Assembly (NCBI GenBank): GCA_000320545.1
Contig: ADNK01001965.1
Coordinates: forward strand, 1-64,000
Source: Bigelowiella natans CCMP2755
Taxonomy: Eukaryota; Protista; Cercozoa
Direction: 5' to 3'
DNA: 64,000 nt
Part shown: in pieces, positions 32,860 through 45,715 of the stretch
How positions within the stretch are numbered: position 1 is the stretch's first letter
How the letters are laid out: each line of letters begins with the position of its first letter
Translations under genes and position numbers: made by a program
The notes under the pieces: generated by a model
Seen by the model: only the letters and a program-made list of their open reading frames with translations
The model's database searches: none
What the model was told of the DNA's origin: nothing

Positions 32860-33921
32860 ATGGGGCAGGCATGCCAGTGCGGCGCCATAGATGATGTCGT
32901 CGAGGGAGGTCCTGCAGATGAAGTCATCCAGCACATGGCCTCGCTCGAGGCCAAGCTTACCGAGACGATCGATGGTATGAGGCAAACTATCGACGGGCTT
33001 TCGGAGAAGAATCGACTACTCGAGGATAGACTAGAAAGTGTGCAGAGGGAAGCTGGTTCCTTCGTAGAGGATGTCAAGTCCAGCTCGAAAGCTTCACAAA
33101 AAAAGTTGGAAGCGAAGCTGAACAAAATATACGATGGTAAATTTGCCGCTATGGAGGGCAGGTACACGGTGCTCCTGAAGGAGAATAAGAAAATTGAGGC
33201 CTGCTTAGAGGGAACTCAGAGATCCATCGAATCCATCCAAAGTGAATCCACAACATTTCAAGAAAAATCTAAATTTTCCCATGCTTGCCTGAACGGCAGT
33301 CTCAGAGGAGTAAAAGAAGCGAAGCGCTCCATGGAGAACATGCAGATGGTAATGGATCAAAGATTGGGAACCATCGACGATGCCATCGAAAAGATGGACG
33401 TGATTGAGCTTAGCCAGAAAAGGATCTTACAAAAGGTCAAGGCTCTGGAAGATGGATGTGCGAAAGCCAAGGTTTATTGGCATGTCAGTGGAATCTCGGA
33501 CAAGATACAAAGAAATGAACTCCTACAGTCTTCTTGCATTCAGGTTGGGCACGGACCTTTTGCTCACAAGTTTTGGCTGATTCTTGATCTAAGATCTTCG
33601 AAGCGGTATGCAGGGCTTTACATGAGAGCCGACACAGCGGTGGACAAAGACAGCGAGCTTTACTGGAAGAACATCGACATTGAGGGATCGACCCTGGAAT
33701 TAAAATCTGCAGGGGAGCTTCCTGATATTCGGCACATCCTTAACAAAACAATGAAGTGTGGCTCTTCCTGGGGGCATAAAAAATTTATAAAGATTTCAAA
33801 GCTTAAGCAGAGCTATTGTTTCGACAAAGAGAACAGCGATCGCTTGGAAATCGCTGCGACAATCAAAGTACATGCGTTGCGGGGCGGTTACATGTTAGGA
33901 CCAACAACGGCATATTTTTAA
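32860..33921 (+). CDS. Coiled-coil plus MATH/TRAF domain protein, intronless
   Basis: 353 aa ORF: long heptad region, then VYWHVSGIS..FWLILD..YAGLYMR..SWGHKKFI..L..Y...DRLEIAATIKV (MATH pattern). Confidence 0.85.
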   Translation: MGQACQCGAIDDVVEGGPADEVIQHMASLEAKLTETIDGMRQTIDGLSEKNRLLEDRLESVQREAGSFVEDVKSSSKASQKKLEAKLNKIYDGKFAAMEGRYTVLLKENKKIEACLEGTQRSIESIQSESTTFQEKSKFSHACLNGSLRGVKEAKRSMENMQMVMDQRLGTIDDAIEKMDVIELSQKRILQKVKALEDGCAKAKVYWHVSGISDKIQRNELLQSSCIQVGHGPFAHKFWLILDLRSSKRYAGLYMRADTAVDKDSELYWKNIDIEGSTLELKSAGELPDIRHILNKTMKCGSSWGHKKFIKISKLKQSYCFDKENSDRLEIAATIKVHALRGGYMLGPTTAYF

Positions 33922-34182
33922 GCCTTGTGAACTTCCATGGATTTTTCTATGGGCAAATCATTCTTTTTCTTGATTCTTATATTGCAATCTCGATGTGTCG
34001 AGCATGGGAGCTAGCAGCTGTTCCATCGCGCTGTGCCGTGCATGACAATGTTGAATGACAAATTACACAGAAATTGTCGCTACTGTAGTATTGCTACGCA
34101 AATACAAATGATATGTCAAAATAAATAATGTGTATCAGCATGTACACACACATGTGCGCACAAATACAAACATGTACATACA

Positions 34183-34221
<39 letters not shown>

Positions 34222-34479
34222 ACCTGACACTCATGCGCACAACACGAATAGCATCTAGATAATTTTTTCAATCCCCACATCTAGCTAGCTGGACATATAC
34301 ATGCGTTTACTAGTTTACCTTAACGCATGTTTTCGCGCCGCTCGGTAGATGATCATGCTTGCTAGCTTGTAATGATGCACTATCTAGCTATATATATGTA
34401 GTATTCATTTATCGGTAATATTTGCTTATTTGCATTACATGTATGCGATATTTATCATTGTATGAACGATACGGGAGAA

Positions 34480-35848
34480 CTAGGCCTTCTTAATAAATCT
34501 TATGTGAGTGTGCCGAGAATGCGAGTTCACGAACCCAATCGACTCATATATTCCTCGTGAAGAGTTGTTCTCCTGACGAAGTATGAACGTAGGCGCAATG
34601 ATTATTTATTTGAAACCCTAGTCGAACGTACGAATGGTATAGCCGTGACATCATCTATATACGTAGTACATGAAATTTTCCACTACATTACCTCATCCGC
34701 GAGCAAAACGATTCTCTTTATCCCTTCGTGGTTCTCAAGTTTTCCTTCTAGTGCGTGGCGGCACAGCGCCGCCACAGCATTCGACGCATAGCCGCACCTT
34801 CGGTATCTTTTGGGTGTGAACACCATCCCAATCCGAACAAAATTCTTTCCTCCACCACGAATGCTCACCATAGAGACCACTGTGGTTGTGCTTGAGGTTG
34901 AATCAACCAACTCACCTCCAAGTTGTGAATTGACAGTCCAAAGGAAGATGGCTCCTCGCTCTATCTCTTTGGCTGCCCACTTTGCTGCCGACTTCATAGG
35001 CATTTCTTTATCTGAGAGCTTCACTGCATTGAAAGACTTTCCTAAGATAGCATTTGGTTTCAGGGGGGAATTTACATCGATCAGAAACTTGGCGTAGAAT
35101 TCGGCGACGGTAGCTACGTCGTTGCGATCAGCAAGTTGAAGAGTTCCTGGTAAGGCTTTTGCTGGAAGCTTCCTTTCCGGCATCTTCACTTCGGTTAATG
35201 AGTAACTGAGACAAGTCAGGCCACGCTCCTAATTGCGAAAATACGTACTTACAAAAATATTTATGAATAAAATTGGATTCTATTTAGAGCATTAGCAAAT
35301 TTGTGAGAACCAGGCTTAGGCCTAAGGATTCTCTCAAAACGTGAGCAAACGTCTCAACTTCCTTCGGAGGCCCGAATGCAGTTCCCAGATCCCTCATGGA
35401 TTTCATCACTTCTGCGGCCAAACCAAAAACAACTGCCTTTGGGTTCTTACCCTTACACCGGGAAATATGTACCCTCGTTTCCTATTTGGAAAAAATGTAA
35501 GCTTGGGCAGCAATGTAAAATAAAGTGTCTGACGTCAGTAGCGTATGCTATTCCGACTGCCTCATTCTCCTCGAAGATTGCAACAGCAACTAATTCATTA
35601 CTGTCATCATGAGCAGCATCGGACTTTGCCTCTTTCTGTATCCCAATTGAAAAACATAGTAATCATCAAGTGCAAGAAATTCAAAAATATGGTTTCACCG
35701 TTGTCTTCGAAAGTCCAAGGTGTGCGAATGCGAGGATGAAGTGGTGGTTGTCAAAGAACTCTTCAAGGAGTCTCAGTGCACAGGTATCATCGAGCAGCTC
35801 TCTACTTGTTGCATACGCAACTGTGCGAAAGCGCGAGTGGGGATGCAT
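34480..35848 (-). CDS. GNAT family N-acetyltransferase (FR47-like C-terminal domain)
   Basis: RIGMVFTPKRYRRCGYAS (motif A), VLLADE|ENNSSRGIYESIGF (motif B), stop at 34480; first exon MHPHSRFRTVAY starts at 35848. Confidence 0.85.
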
Positions 35849-37164
35849 TTCAACTATTTAAAGCACCAATAATCCAGAACGCTCACCGCCAATATTCGGA
35901 TGATGACTCGACCAGTTGCTGCTAAAGTTGAAGGAGAATGATCAGAGCAAACAGAACCCCAGCCTCTAGGTAGAGTTCAGGTATATCCGACCTTGCCCCA
36001 GCACCGCTATCGGGGTGAAGTCTGGCTGTGCCCTCTCCCAGCTCGTCCATGTGGATGCATCCGTGATTTCTCCGAGCACGGTACCGACACAGAAAACTCT
36101 AGGAATTCCTGCGCATCTGCTGTGTTTGCTCAAAACGGCGTTCATTTCCTACCAGAATCTAGGAATGAGACAATATTTACATGTGACTACATTTCTATCT
36201 TGTCGTTAACTAAAATTATAGTCAAAGCTGTTTGGTTCCAGAATTGGTTGGCTTTGGGCGGGCCAAAAGAGATGCACATTTTCTCTTGGAGTTTTTCTCT
36301 CATCTTGTGCAAAACTCGATGCATTTCAACTACGATTCTGCAAATCGCAGCAACTATTGTGATTAAAACCACTATGTAAGAAGAATTCCTTTCTCGGCTG
36401 TTGTGCTGATAATTTATTGTGGGAGAAAGCTGCTCTCGGGAACTTTTTCGTAGTTCAGTTTAGGCAAAATCTTTAGTATGAAGGATTTCAAATCTTACAT
36501 CTTCAGTAATAGTTATGAATATTCTGCTCTTCTAATTCGAGAATATCTCCAAATTTTCATCATGAAGGTGTGTAAACAGGTACAAAACTATGGATAAATT
36601 CGAATACGGAATATTTCAACAAGGGGATTTGATGTCTTCCACGATGGCTTCTCATAAGGAAGAAATGGCCTCAATGTTTCTCCTCTTATTCTTCTCGGAA
36701 CGACCTCAAACAAAAGAGCAAGAGAATAAACATGAGATTAATCATCGTTCTTCAAATTCAAAATTAGACCTCGAAACCTTAGCTTTTTAGCAGAAGACAT
36801 GCCATACTTACCCAACATTCAAAATAACTTCAGGACGATACAAGTGTTTGTCACAGCAAAGACCTGAATTTCGACACGGGGGGTCTGGAAAGAGGCCGGC
36901 CAAGGAAATATTGGAAAAGGCGAGGATTTAGATCCTAGAACCAGCTTTGCAAGGATATTTTCGCAAAAATAGCCTCTCAGGGGGGTGGTGTGGAAGCGCT
37001 TGGAGGGAGAGATTTAAGATAGTGTGGCCACTCAATAGTGCTTCGAAATTTTCCAAAGTGCTCTTAAAAGTTGGTCGTCTGTAAAATATCTTATGTCGCT
37101 CTATATTTTGGTCCTACATTTCCGCAGAAGTCTCCTCTATGTGCCTAAAGAAGTTGAGGTGAAA

Positions 37165-38056
37165 ATGTCTCAGGATTTCGGTCCAGGCTACGCTCGCAAA
37201 GCTCATTCCTCCCCTGTAGAAAAGATGTACCAGGATCTCGAACTTACCCAGGGTAATGGAGAGACAGAAACCGGCATTTATCATACTTATTTCTGCAGAT
37301 CTGTTAATCTGTGTTGCACCTGTGATATGCATGCACACGAACACCCTTCGTAACTCTGTGCTTATCGAATTCGCTCCTCGTTATGAAATCGCATCGAAGT
37401 GGAATCATAGTCATACCGCCTTGTTGAAACTAGTCATTATATTTATCCTATATTTTTTATTTTTTTAGCTCCTAAGAAGCGCAACACTCTGCGCCGCGAC
37501 ATCGGCTATGGCCTCGTCATCGGTGCATGCGTGGCTCTTGTTGGCCTCGCTGCTATCTACACTGTTCCTGAGACCCTCGGTGCTCCTATGAACGCTCTTA
37601 GCAGAACCCGTGCTGCTCCTTCCCGCACTGCTGTGAACTTCAAGGTTGTATTCAAGTTTTTATTATGTTGTTTTTCTTTAAACAAAACTAAAACTGAAAT
37701 TGTGATGACGACGCCTTCGTCTGCAGGTTAAACAGGTTGATATCAAGAAGAAGGGACTTGAGTCTATCTCGGATGAGACTATTCAGCAGAACCTTCAGGG
37801 TCGCTCCCGTGCTATGAGCGACAAGAACTGGGTTGATCCACAGGGTCGCAAGGGAAGGGGATACGGAGTTTACCGTTTCCAGAAGAAGTACGGAGCTAAC
37901 GTTGATGGTTACTCCCCAATCTACACCCCTGATATCTGGTCTGAATCTGGAAACTCTTACAAGCTTGGAACTAACGCTCTTATTGCATGGCTCGTCCTTG
38001 TTGTAACCCTTCTTGGAATTGGAGCTAACCTCATCATCAGTACTTCCCAGCTGTAA
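37165..38056 (+). CDS. psbR: Photosystem II 10 kDa protein PsbR precursor with bipartite leader; exons 37165(or 37225)-37252, 37469-37644, 37727-38056
   Basis: GRKGRGYGVYRFQKKYGANVDGYSPIY..W plus a C-terminal TM ending NLIISTSQL, the green-algal PsbR signature. Leader has a hydrophobic segment (GLVIGACVALVGLAAIY) followed by an S/R/A/T-rich transit-like segment. Confidence 0.96.
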
Positions 38057-39123
38057 ATGAGCTCGTGTACGTCCGTCTCCTAGTTACGAGACATATAATT
38101 GGCAGGGTGTAAAGGGGAACAGGCTGCAAGATTAAATGCTCTACGACAAAACTTCCGGCTCGTTTAACGTTCACGGGAATAACACTTTTAGTGGCGGCAA
38201 CATGCTAGTCATATATTCGTTCGTTTTGCAACATAGTTTTCTTGTAGAAGTTGTTCATTTGAAGAAAGTCAAAATGTAGAAATGCCTTTGTTCATTGTCA
38301 TTGTTCGATGTGCGAATGCGCCTGGTAGCAAGCATATGTCACAATAGACTGAATGTCTAGCTAGATGTAGCTAGCCGGCAACGAGCAGCAGTCAGCACGT
38401 GAAACCGAATGCACACTAGACGTGCCAGTGCGTGTTTGCAAATATGTGTTCATGATTTTCGCTCAACAAACACAACAACGTGCTCTTTCGAATGGAACAG
38501 TGACTTTGAAAACTCATGCGAAAACAAAAACGAGTGGAATGCAAACGGTGTTTGAACAAGTACGTAGCCTCGATGCAATTCAAATCACCTGCTAAAATAA
38601 AACCATCATATTCTTCACAATGCATGCAATAATTGCGACTCACCGCCAGTTTTTTTTTTTAACCATTCGAATGATACGAATGGAAAGGCAAAAACTGTTT
38701 ACTTGCAACCATTCATTCGAATGGAATGGTCGCATGTGTGCTCCATGCGGTGCTGCTAGGCAAGTGTTCTGTTCGGTGTTCGATCGGTGTGCGCATTCGT
38801 CATTCGATCGTTGCCAGCCCCACATCGATCGCATGTGCGCATGCATTCGAATCGAATCAAGTATTGCATCTTTGAAGGTAGATTATGCTTTAGTGTCTTC
38901 AAAGCAAGCTAGCGCAATAAGCATAAAGCAATGTCGATTTACATTACTATCACTTATTCGTCCTCCCCTATCCTTTTCCTATTCTGTCCTCTCATTGCTT
39001 CTTCTGCATATGTAAGCCCTCTGATAAAGAAATAACACGCAAATTTTCATTTTGAGAATCGCTTTATTTTGAGGAGACGTCATGAGTTCATACTAACAAG
39101 AGGAATTGATGATTATATTGATC

Positions 39124-40740
39124 TCACCCAAAGGCATCAAGATATCGTCTCCATTTCGGAAGTTGTTCGAGTTTCTGATCGTATTGAGAAAGAGTTATAA
39201 TCTTTTCTCCATTCTCCATTCTGAGTAAAGTCATGTCAGTAACTCACCTCTCGCCTAGCTGCACTATCTCTGCTCTTGCCAAGTCCTCCTGTTGGAGTAC
39301 GAGCTTCGGGCAACCATTCAAATTCCCCGTCTCCTGTTTTTGAGACGTCATAATTCAGCATGATGGATAGATCCAACAGCTCTATATTGTATCTTCTTAA
39401 TCAATAGATCACAGTTTCGAATTTGATTTAAGAGCTAAAGTTTTTATCAGATGTTCCAGCACCGGGAAGTTCATTATCGAACCAGTTGTTCAGCCCGTAT
39501 TGGAGATGGGACACCTCCCCAACAGAAAGTCCGGCTTCTGTTAGTAGTCTAGGAGATATGAGATATCATAGCAAAGTTTCAGACCAAGGGTGAAAGAACA
39601 ATCAATTTAGCGACCTATATGCTGCGATCAACGAGCGACTACTGCATCCGTATCTAATTGATTCATAGAAGAGAAAGTTGAACATATGTATCTGGAAACT
39701 GTGGAAAGTGTCAGCCTTAAACGTACTGTCCTAGTCTTCCGTCAGCATCATCCAAGCATCCACCTGTAATGACGATTATTAAACAGAATACAGACTTCCC
39801 TTCAATGATATTAACCTTCAGCGTCTGCTAGTACCACCCCTTTTACGTCCGGCCTCTGGAGAATTCCCTATTTTGTTTCCAACTGTCATATCTCGTACTG
39901 CACAGGGATATTGTGCGGGTAAGTGTAAGGAGCGAATAGACACCTGAATCTCTTCAATAAATTGAGGATTTGGATCGACGGGAGTTGCACCCTGAGTGAA
40001 ACATAAGCTAAGTAAGCGATCATCGAGCCACCTCTATCACACAAGAGACCTGTGACGTGGTAAGCAAGTACTTCAAAGTATTTCTGGGAGAACCCCCGAA
40101 TGGAAGCAGCTGTCATAGTTCAATATGAGAGGATAAGTTAATCATAACTATGGTGAACTGAGAATACAACGTGAGATAACGACCTGGAAAAGCTCCACAT
40201 TTTCTGAGCCTGCCGCACGCGAATCTTCGAACTAGGTCACACACAGAGTTCACTTGTATTTTTCTATTCATCACGAGGAACGATTTTGAGATTTACCTGA
40301 TCAGCCCTTCTCACATCAACGAGAACCCACCCCTGCTTCATTCTTTCTGCAACTTCCTGCTCATGCGCGAATAAGGCGTTGGAATTCGCAATTCTGATCA
40401 CATATAGAAACCATACCATGGGGGGAAGTGATTGAAGGCCTTGGTTGTTGAGGTATTCGCTCACGCCTCCCGATCCATCCCATCGTGGTGTTTTTATTCG
40501 CTGATAAAATAATCATATTCCGTTCGTTGCGGAGCAATCATTTAACCGATATGAGCATGCATGTCACACCTGTGCCGAAATTGGTTCAGCGCCAACCGGA
40601 ACTATGAGTCTTCGGAGTGATCGAGGTGAAAATCTTAAGGCACCCGCAAGAGCCAAGGGCCTAGACCTCGGAGAAGACACTGGAGCAGCAAAAGCTACTG
40701 CATGCAGCAAGGGAAAGAGGGCTGTTGTCCAAGGCACCAT
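39124..40740 (-). CDS. Rhodanese-like domain protein, plastid-type, with many short introns
   Basis: MVPWTTALFPLLHAVAFAA plus S/R-rich leader; exons WVLVDVRRADQ|FEDSRAAGSENVELFQ, PNPQFIEE, SRSLIAAY, VSHLQYGLNNWFDNELP; stop at ~39124. Confidence 0.85.
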
Positions 40741-41229
40741 TGCTCTTACGTGTTCGCTGCTCTCTCAGATACTAAAAATCCATTCTCAGGTTTGCATCGC
40801 ACAACACAAATCCAGGCGATTCGTTTGGGTGCGACAACTAAATGGGAAAACCGTCGACATCAGGACATCCATCTCCGAACAATCAAAGCCGACGAGGAGC
40901 GCTTACTCGTACCCAGTGGATAAAAGAACACTGACGGTTTTTAGATTGCGACATGTAACTTTGATGTCGCGATGGGAATATTTCCATCCATTTTTTTTTC
41001 CTGGGAGAGGATAGCTCCCGTCATGATTTTGTGTTTGCATACCGGCTTCATCTCTCCCGTGCTCGCATTCGGAGGTAGGTCTAGGATCTAGGAGGAGCAG
41101 CGAACGTGCAGCAACAAACCAAATTAAGAAGTCACAGACAATCGAACAGAGGAGAAACGGAACAATGTATGTGCTCGCTAGCTGTTTAATGTTGTGTGCA
41201 TGCCTAACCTAATGTGTTCTTGTCAGCAG

Positions 41230-42021
41230 ATGAACCATTTGCTCGTTGCAATTGACGAGTCCAAATACTGGTAACATATGAATAAAGGTTCCCAAACCAG
41301 AATCTAATGCTGTTTTATTTTTTCCAGTGAAGAAGTCTTACGACATTGTGCAAAATGCCTTTGTCCAAAGGCAAAAAAGGTCGCTTATCAGTGCTCCACG
41401 ATCTTTGCGAACGGATTTATCATCATCTTTACGTACGGATCTACCATCTCCTTGGCATCAGATAACCCTTCTTCATGGATATAGCTTTGTACCTGTCGGT
41501 ACAGTGCCTGGTCGAATTCCACAAACAATGTAGGTTCAGTTTCTGTCATCACCACGCATGAAGATTTCATGCTCTGTCAATTGTTGATGATAGCCGCAAT
41601 GCCGATTCGCTAAATGAGAAAATAAGGTCCAATGCAAAAGAAAGGGCAATGAGTTTTGCGATGAAAGCAAAGAATTTGCTATTGAAGGAAGGTAGAGTGA
41701 AGCAAGAAATTTTAGCTGAGGTAAATTCGCATGACACTTGTTTGTGGAACAGGCTGCTGCGAGCCCATCAACATCCTTGTCGTTTTGGGAGAGCCCTGGA
41801 AGACCACAAAGCAATCGCTCTTAGATGCCATCGAGAACATGCAACCAACTATTATAGCTTGTGGTAGCAGAGGAATGGGATGGATGAGTCGAATGATGCT
41901 GGGCTCTGTCAGTGACTTCCTTGTTCACAACGCACAATGCACTGTGTGCGTGATCAAGGTGGACCCAAAATTGGTCACCAATGAGCAGGATAAGAACAGA
42001 ACGTCGAATTCGGACAAATGA
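41230..42021 (+). CDS. Universal stress protein (USP) family
   Basis: MNHLLVAIDES at the start; IIACGSRGMGWMSRMMLGSVSDFLVHNAQCTVCVIK at the C-terminus (G-x2-G-x9-GS motif). Confidence 0.9.
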
Positions 42022-42060
42022 AACTTTGTAGTCATGATCTTTCGTGTTCACATCAAACTT

Positions 42061-43140
42061 TCGACAACAATGGACACACAGTGCATGTTGCACATGTCAT
42101 GCACACAGTTTCGAATTGTTCGTTGTGGCCCAGCCCCTGTGCTAATCATTTGGCAAAAACACATGGATTTCGCATCGCACCTTGGCTTGGGCCTGCGTGA
42201 TGTCGCCGCTGTCTACGCACAGACAGATGTGTGTGCTGCAGCTCACGAGTCAGTTTGCTGTGGTGGAATTTGAGTTGCAGTGTGCAAACCCATTTTTTTG
42301 TTGCAGCGAGACCATGGAAGACAGAGCACCTTCAAGGAAGATCGAGAGATTGCGCAGCTGCTTGTTTCACACTGCACCTAGGAGCCACTTGCACGGGTGG
42401 GATCGCATGAAATCAAGTGTGCGCCGAGGGTGCAGGGCCAGCTAGTGCAACATGCACTTCTCCTTCCAAATTGTGCACGTGCAACAAACAGCACAAGTTG
42501 CACTGATGAATCTTTCCCATTGTCACAACTTGGATCACAACGAATCGAACACGTCAGTGAGCGAGTGAACGAACGACCGAGTGAACGTTGCACGAAGTGA
42601 TTCCAATCACTGAACGCACAAACTCGCCACCCTCTCCTCAATCGTCAGCCTGCCGCACAAAAAAAAATTGAGGTTCAAACAGAACTGAGAAACCCATGCC
42701 TTGTTGGATGTGAGAGGTCAGCTCTGAAACTTTTCTGTGTGAGGATGAGAAAAACACTCAAACGTGTGAAAAAAAGGAAAAAATGAAAGAAACTTTGATG
42801 ATCCACCACGCGATGCACGGTTGCACGTTTCCAAAGTGTGCCACGTTCACCTTGTCAGTGACCAAACGCACGCTGTTGTTTGTTCGTTTGTGCGCGCACC
42901 TGTCGGAACGAAAGAAAGGAAGAAAAAATCTTTGTTGATCGCGACTGCACTTCCAGAGGTTGCACAAAACTTGCAAAGCATGTGAGTTTGATTGAATTGA
43001 ACGTGGCATTGGTGCAAAGTCCACACGCGCAAGAACCACACGCACGTGGGGTGCACAATGGACGTGCGCACGTGCAACGTGCACTGTGTCCATGGTGGAC
43101 AAGCGCATGCACGTAGCATCGCCTCAAAACAAAAATGATT
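42061..43140. repeat. TpA-depleted block 4
   Basis: 5 TpA in 1080 bp (2 CTAG, CTAA, CTAC, GTAG). Confidence 0.8.
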
Positions 43141-43389
43141 GCGAGGACTTGTCAGCCGTCACAACTAGCCATTGTCTCACGGCAGCTGACTGAAACTAAT
43201 TGACCAAAGTGCGAAACGCAGTGCCTCGAAGATGCCGCACAGCCACTGGGCAATGAACACTCTTCCGTCAACAATATCTCGATATGTTTCGCATGGATTT
43301 TGGCCCACAATTCATGAGAAAAATCGCCTAGATTTTCATGTTTTTCAATGTCAAAATTTCAGTCGAAAGGCGGACGAGTGCGAGCACCG

Positions 43390-44892
43390 ATGCCCCCTCG
43401 TCGGGGCGGCGCCGCTGTCATCGTTGCGGCGCTCTCGCTCCTCTGTTTCCTCCTACCTACTTCAGCGATCTCAGCGCGAGGATTTGGCAGCAAAAATCAT
43501 CCTGCACGACACGTCCATGAGTTGCCGAATCGTTCATTATTTAGATGTTTTCAAGTCCGGCAGCAGCAGCGACGTCGTCGGCGATTAGCAGCATCGGTGT
43601 CGTCTCCCACAGGGCCTCCTCCAAAGCGTGACCCTGTTCTAATCCTGCCGGGCTTTGTTTCTGACAAAGCAAGCTATCTTTCTCTGAAGGAGAAATTGTA
43701 AGTGAGCGAAAAAGACAGATAGCGATTCTAAGCGATCGGGTTTTGATGACTGATTAAACTGTGTGATGATTCGAGGGAGAGCCAGGGATATGACTGCGAC
43801 ATCATTGATGGTATTACCACTTTTCCCCTTCAAGATTCCAAAAATTGCGAAAGTTTTGAAAGTTGCGTCCCTTCCAACTTGTGATGAAATCAGTGAATGC
43901 GATTGACTGGGCCCCTACATTCTTCGGGCAGTCGTTCGAGTTCTACCTGGAGAGGTACAGCTTACTCGTCCATGAGATGATGATGCCAGCAGCGATGAGC
44001 AGCAGCAATAGCAGTAGTAGAGTTTAAGCGACAGATGTTGAGGCGGAATAATGGTTAGTCGGGGATTGCAGCTGCAGCAGCAGCAGGACATGATCGAAAG
44101 AAGTGATAGTAGCAGTAGCAACAGTGAGCAATAGAGCACAACGGTATGGTTCCAAGCATTGTTCTCGAATGCTACCGCCTGCCAATTCGATACATATTCA
44201 ATTCCCCTCCAAATAAATGAACAGGATAGAAGAGGGTGCTCTCTCTCTGCTGCAGCGTACTGGCAGTAGAAAGCTCAACGTTGTTGGCCACAGTGCTGGC
44301 GGTGAGTATTTGCAGACGACACGCCCCCGGAAAAATGCGACTCGCTCCCCACACATGTCAAGGATTTTAATATTAAGAATCGATGCGAATATAATTGTAA
44401 GACGACTTAGGTATCTTTACAGTATTAATGTCACTTAGGCTGGCTCGCACGGCTATGGATGGGGAGCCCATCCTTGAGCTACAATGGACGACGGTCAGCG
44501 AAAAATAAAGCAATCACTTGCTTGAGCTAGTAGCAGTTGAACATATCCAACCATATCCGGCTTTGTTTCCCCCACCCACCTCCAGATATCATGGAGCACC
44601 TCTGGTGTCGAGTTTGATTTGCCTCGGCACTCCTCACTATAGGTGTGTGCATTAGATGTGACACACACACACACACACGCACGCACGCACACACATATAG
44701 ACAGACACACAAACACACACAAAGCTGTGATGCATCCTTCATATACGAATTAAAGTTTTGTAAGTATGCATGCAGCTGACGAGAAGACTTGCCATTACCT
44801 CTCCGCGTATTCTAATCGACGCACATTTGACAACCTAACAAAGCTTGGAAGATTACCCATTTGGACGAGTCAAAGAGACAATACGAGGTCTG

Positions 44893-44965
<73 letters not shown>

Positions 44966-45662
44966 TCCCCTTAAACTCCGCGTACAATAGGGGAACGATT
45001 GGAGGAGGGGGGGGAGGATACACCCGGCTACGAGAGAGCCAAGGGGAGCAGCTTGTGGTAATAGTGATAGCTTGAAAAAAACCCTGAGAGCTTGCCTACT
45101 TTTTTAATATTATACCTCTACCTACTCTTGTTCGCATGGATATGATTCTCTTTCTCCCCCTAGGCTTTGAAAGCTTCGTCCTCCCCTTAACCCTCTTGCA
45201 TGACCTCCCTTGATTCTATAGTTATGGCACACATGATTCGCACCGCTTCAGGTACACAAATTTATGCTACCCAGGAGTTCATCATCAGGACGTGAGGTAG
45301 TGGGGATGAATGATGATCGTTAAGAGGAGGAGGATGATGATGATGATGATAATGATGATGATGAAACGACGATGGCGACAGGACGGAGACGATGATGTTG
45401 ACTACAACATTGGACGTCTTGCTTCGTTATCTTTCCAGAATAAGTATTCATGTAAAACGAATCATGAAAGCATATTAGCATAAATCTCCTCACAAAGAAA
45501 AAGCAGATGATACAGCAATAACAACCGGACAACAATAGCACTGCTTTATAGTATCTGGCTTACTTCCTAGATTCATGCATTCACCTAGGTACGTGTCGGT
45601 GTGTGGTCGTGCAATCAAAGGGAAACAATGGCGGCCAGGTGACAGAATAAAAGAGAGAGAGA

Positions 45663-45715
<53 letters not shown>

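Noticed and set aside
44894-44966. (TA)n-(TG)n compound microsatellites as products of the TpA-erasing process
   Set aside because: Such compounds are common in many genomes, and these lie in regions with normal TpA content, so they are not evidence.
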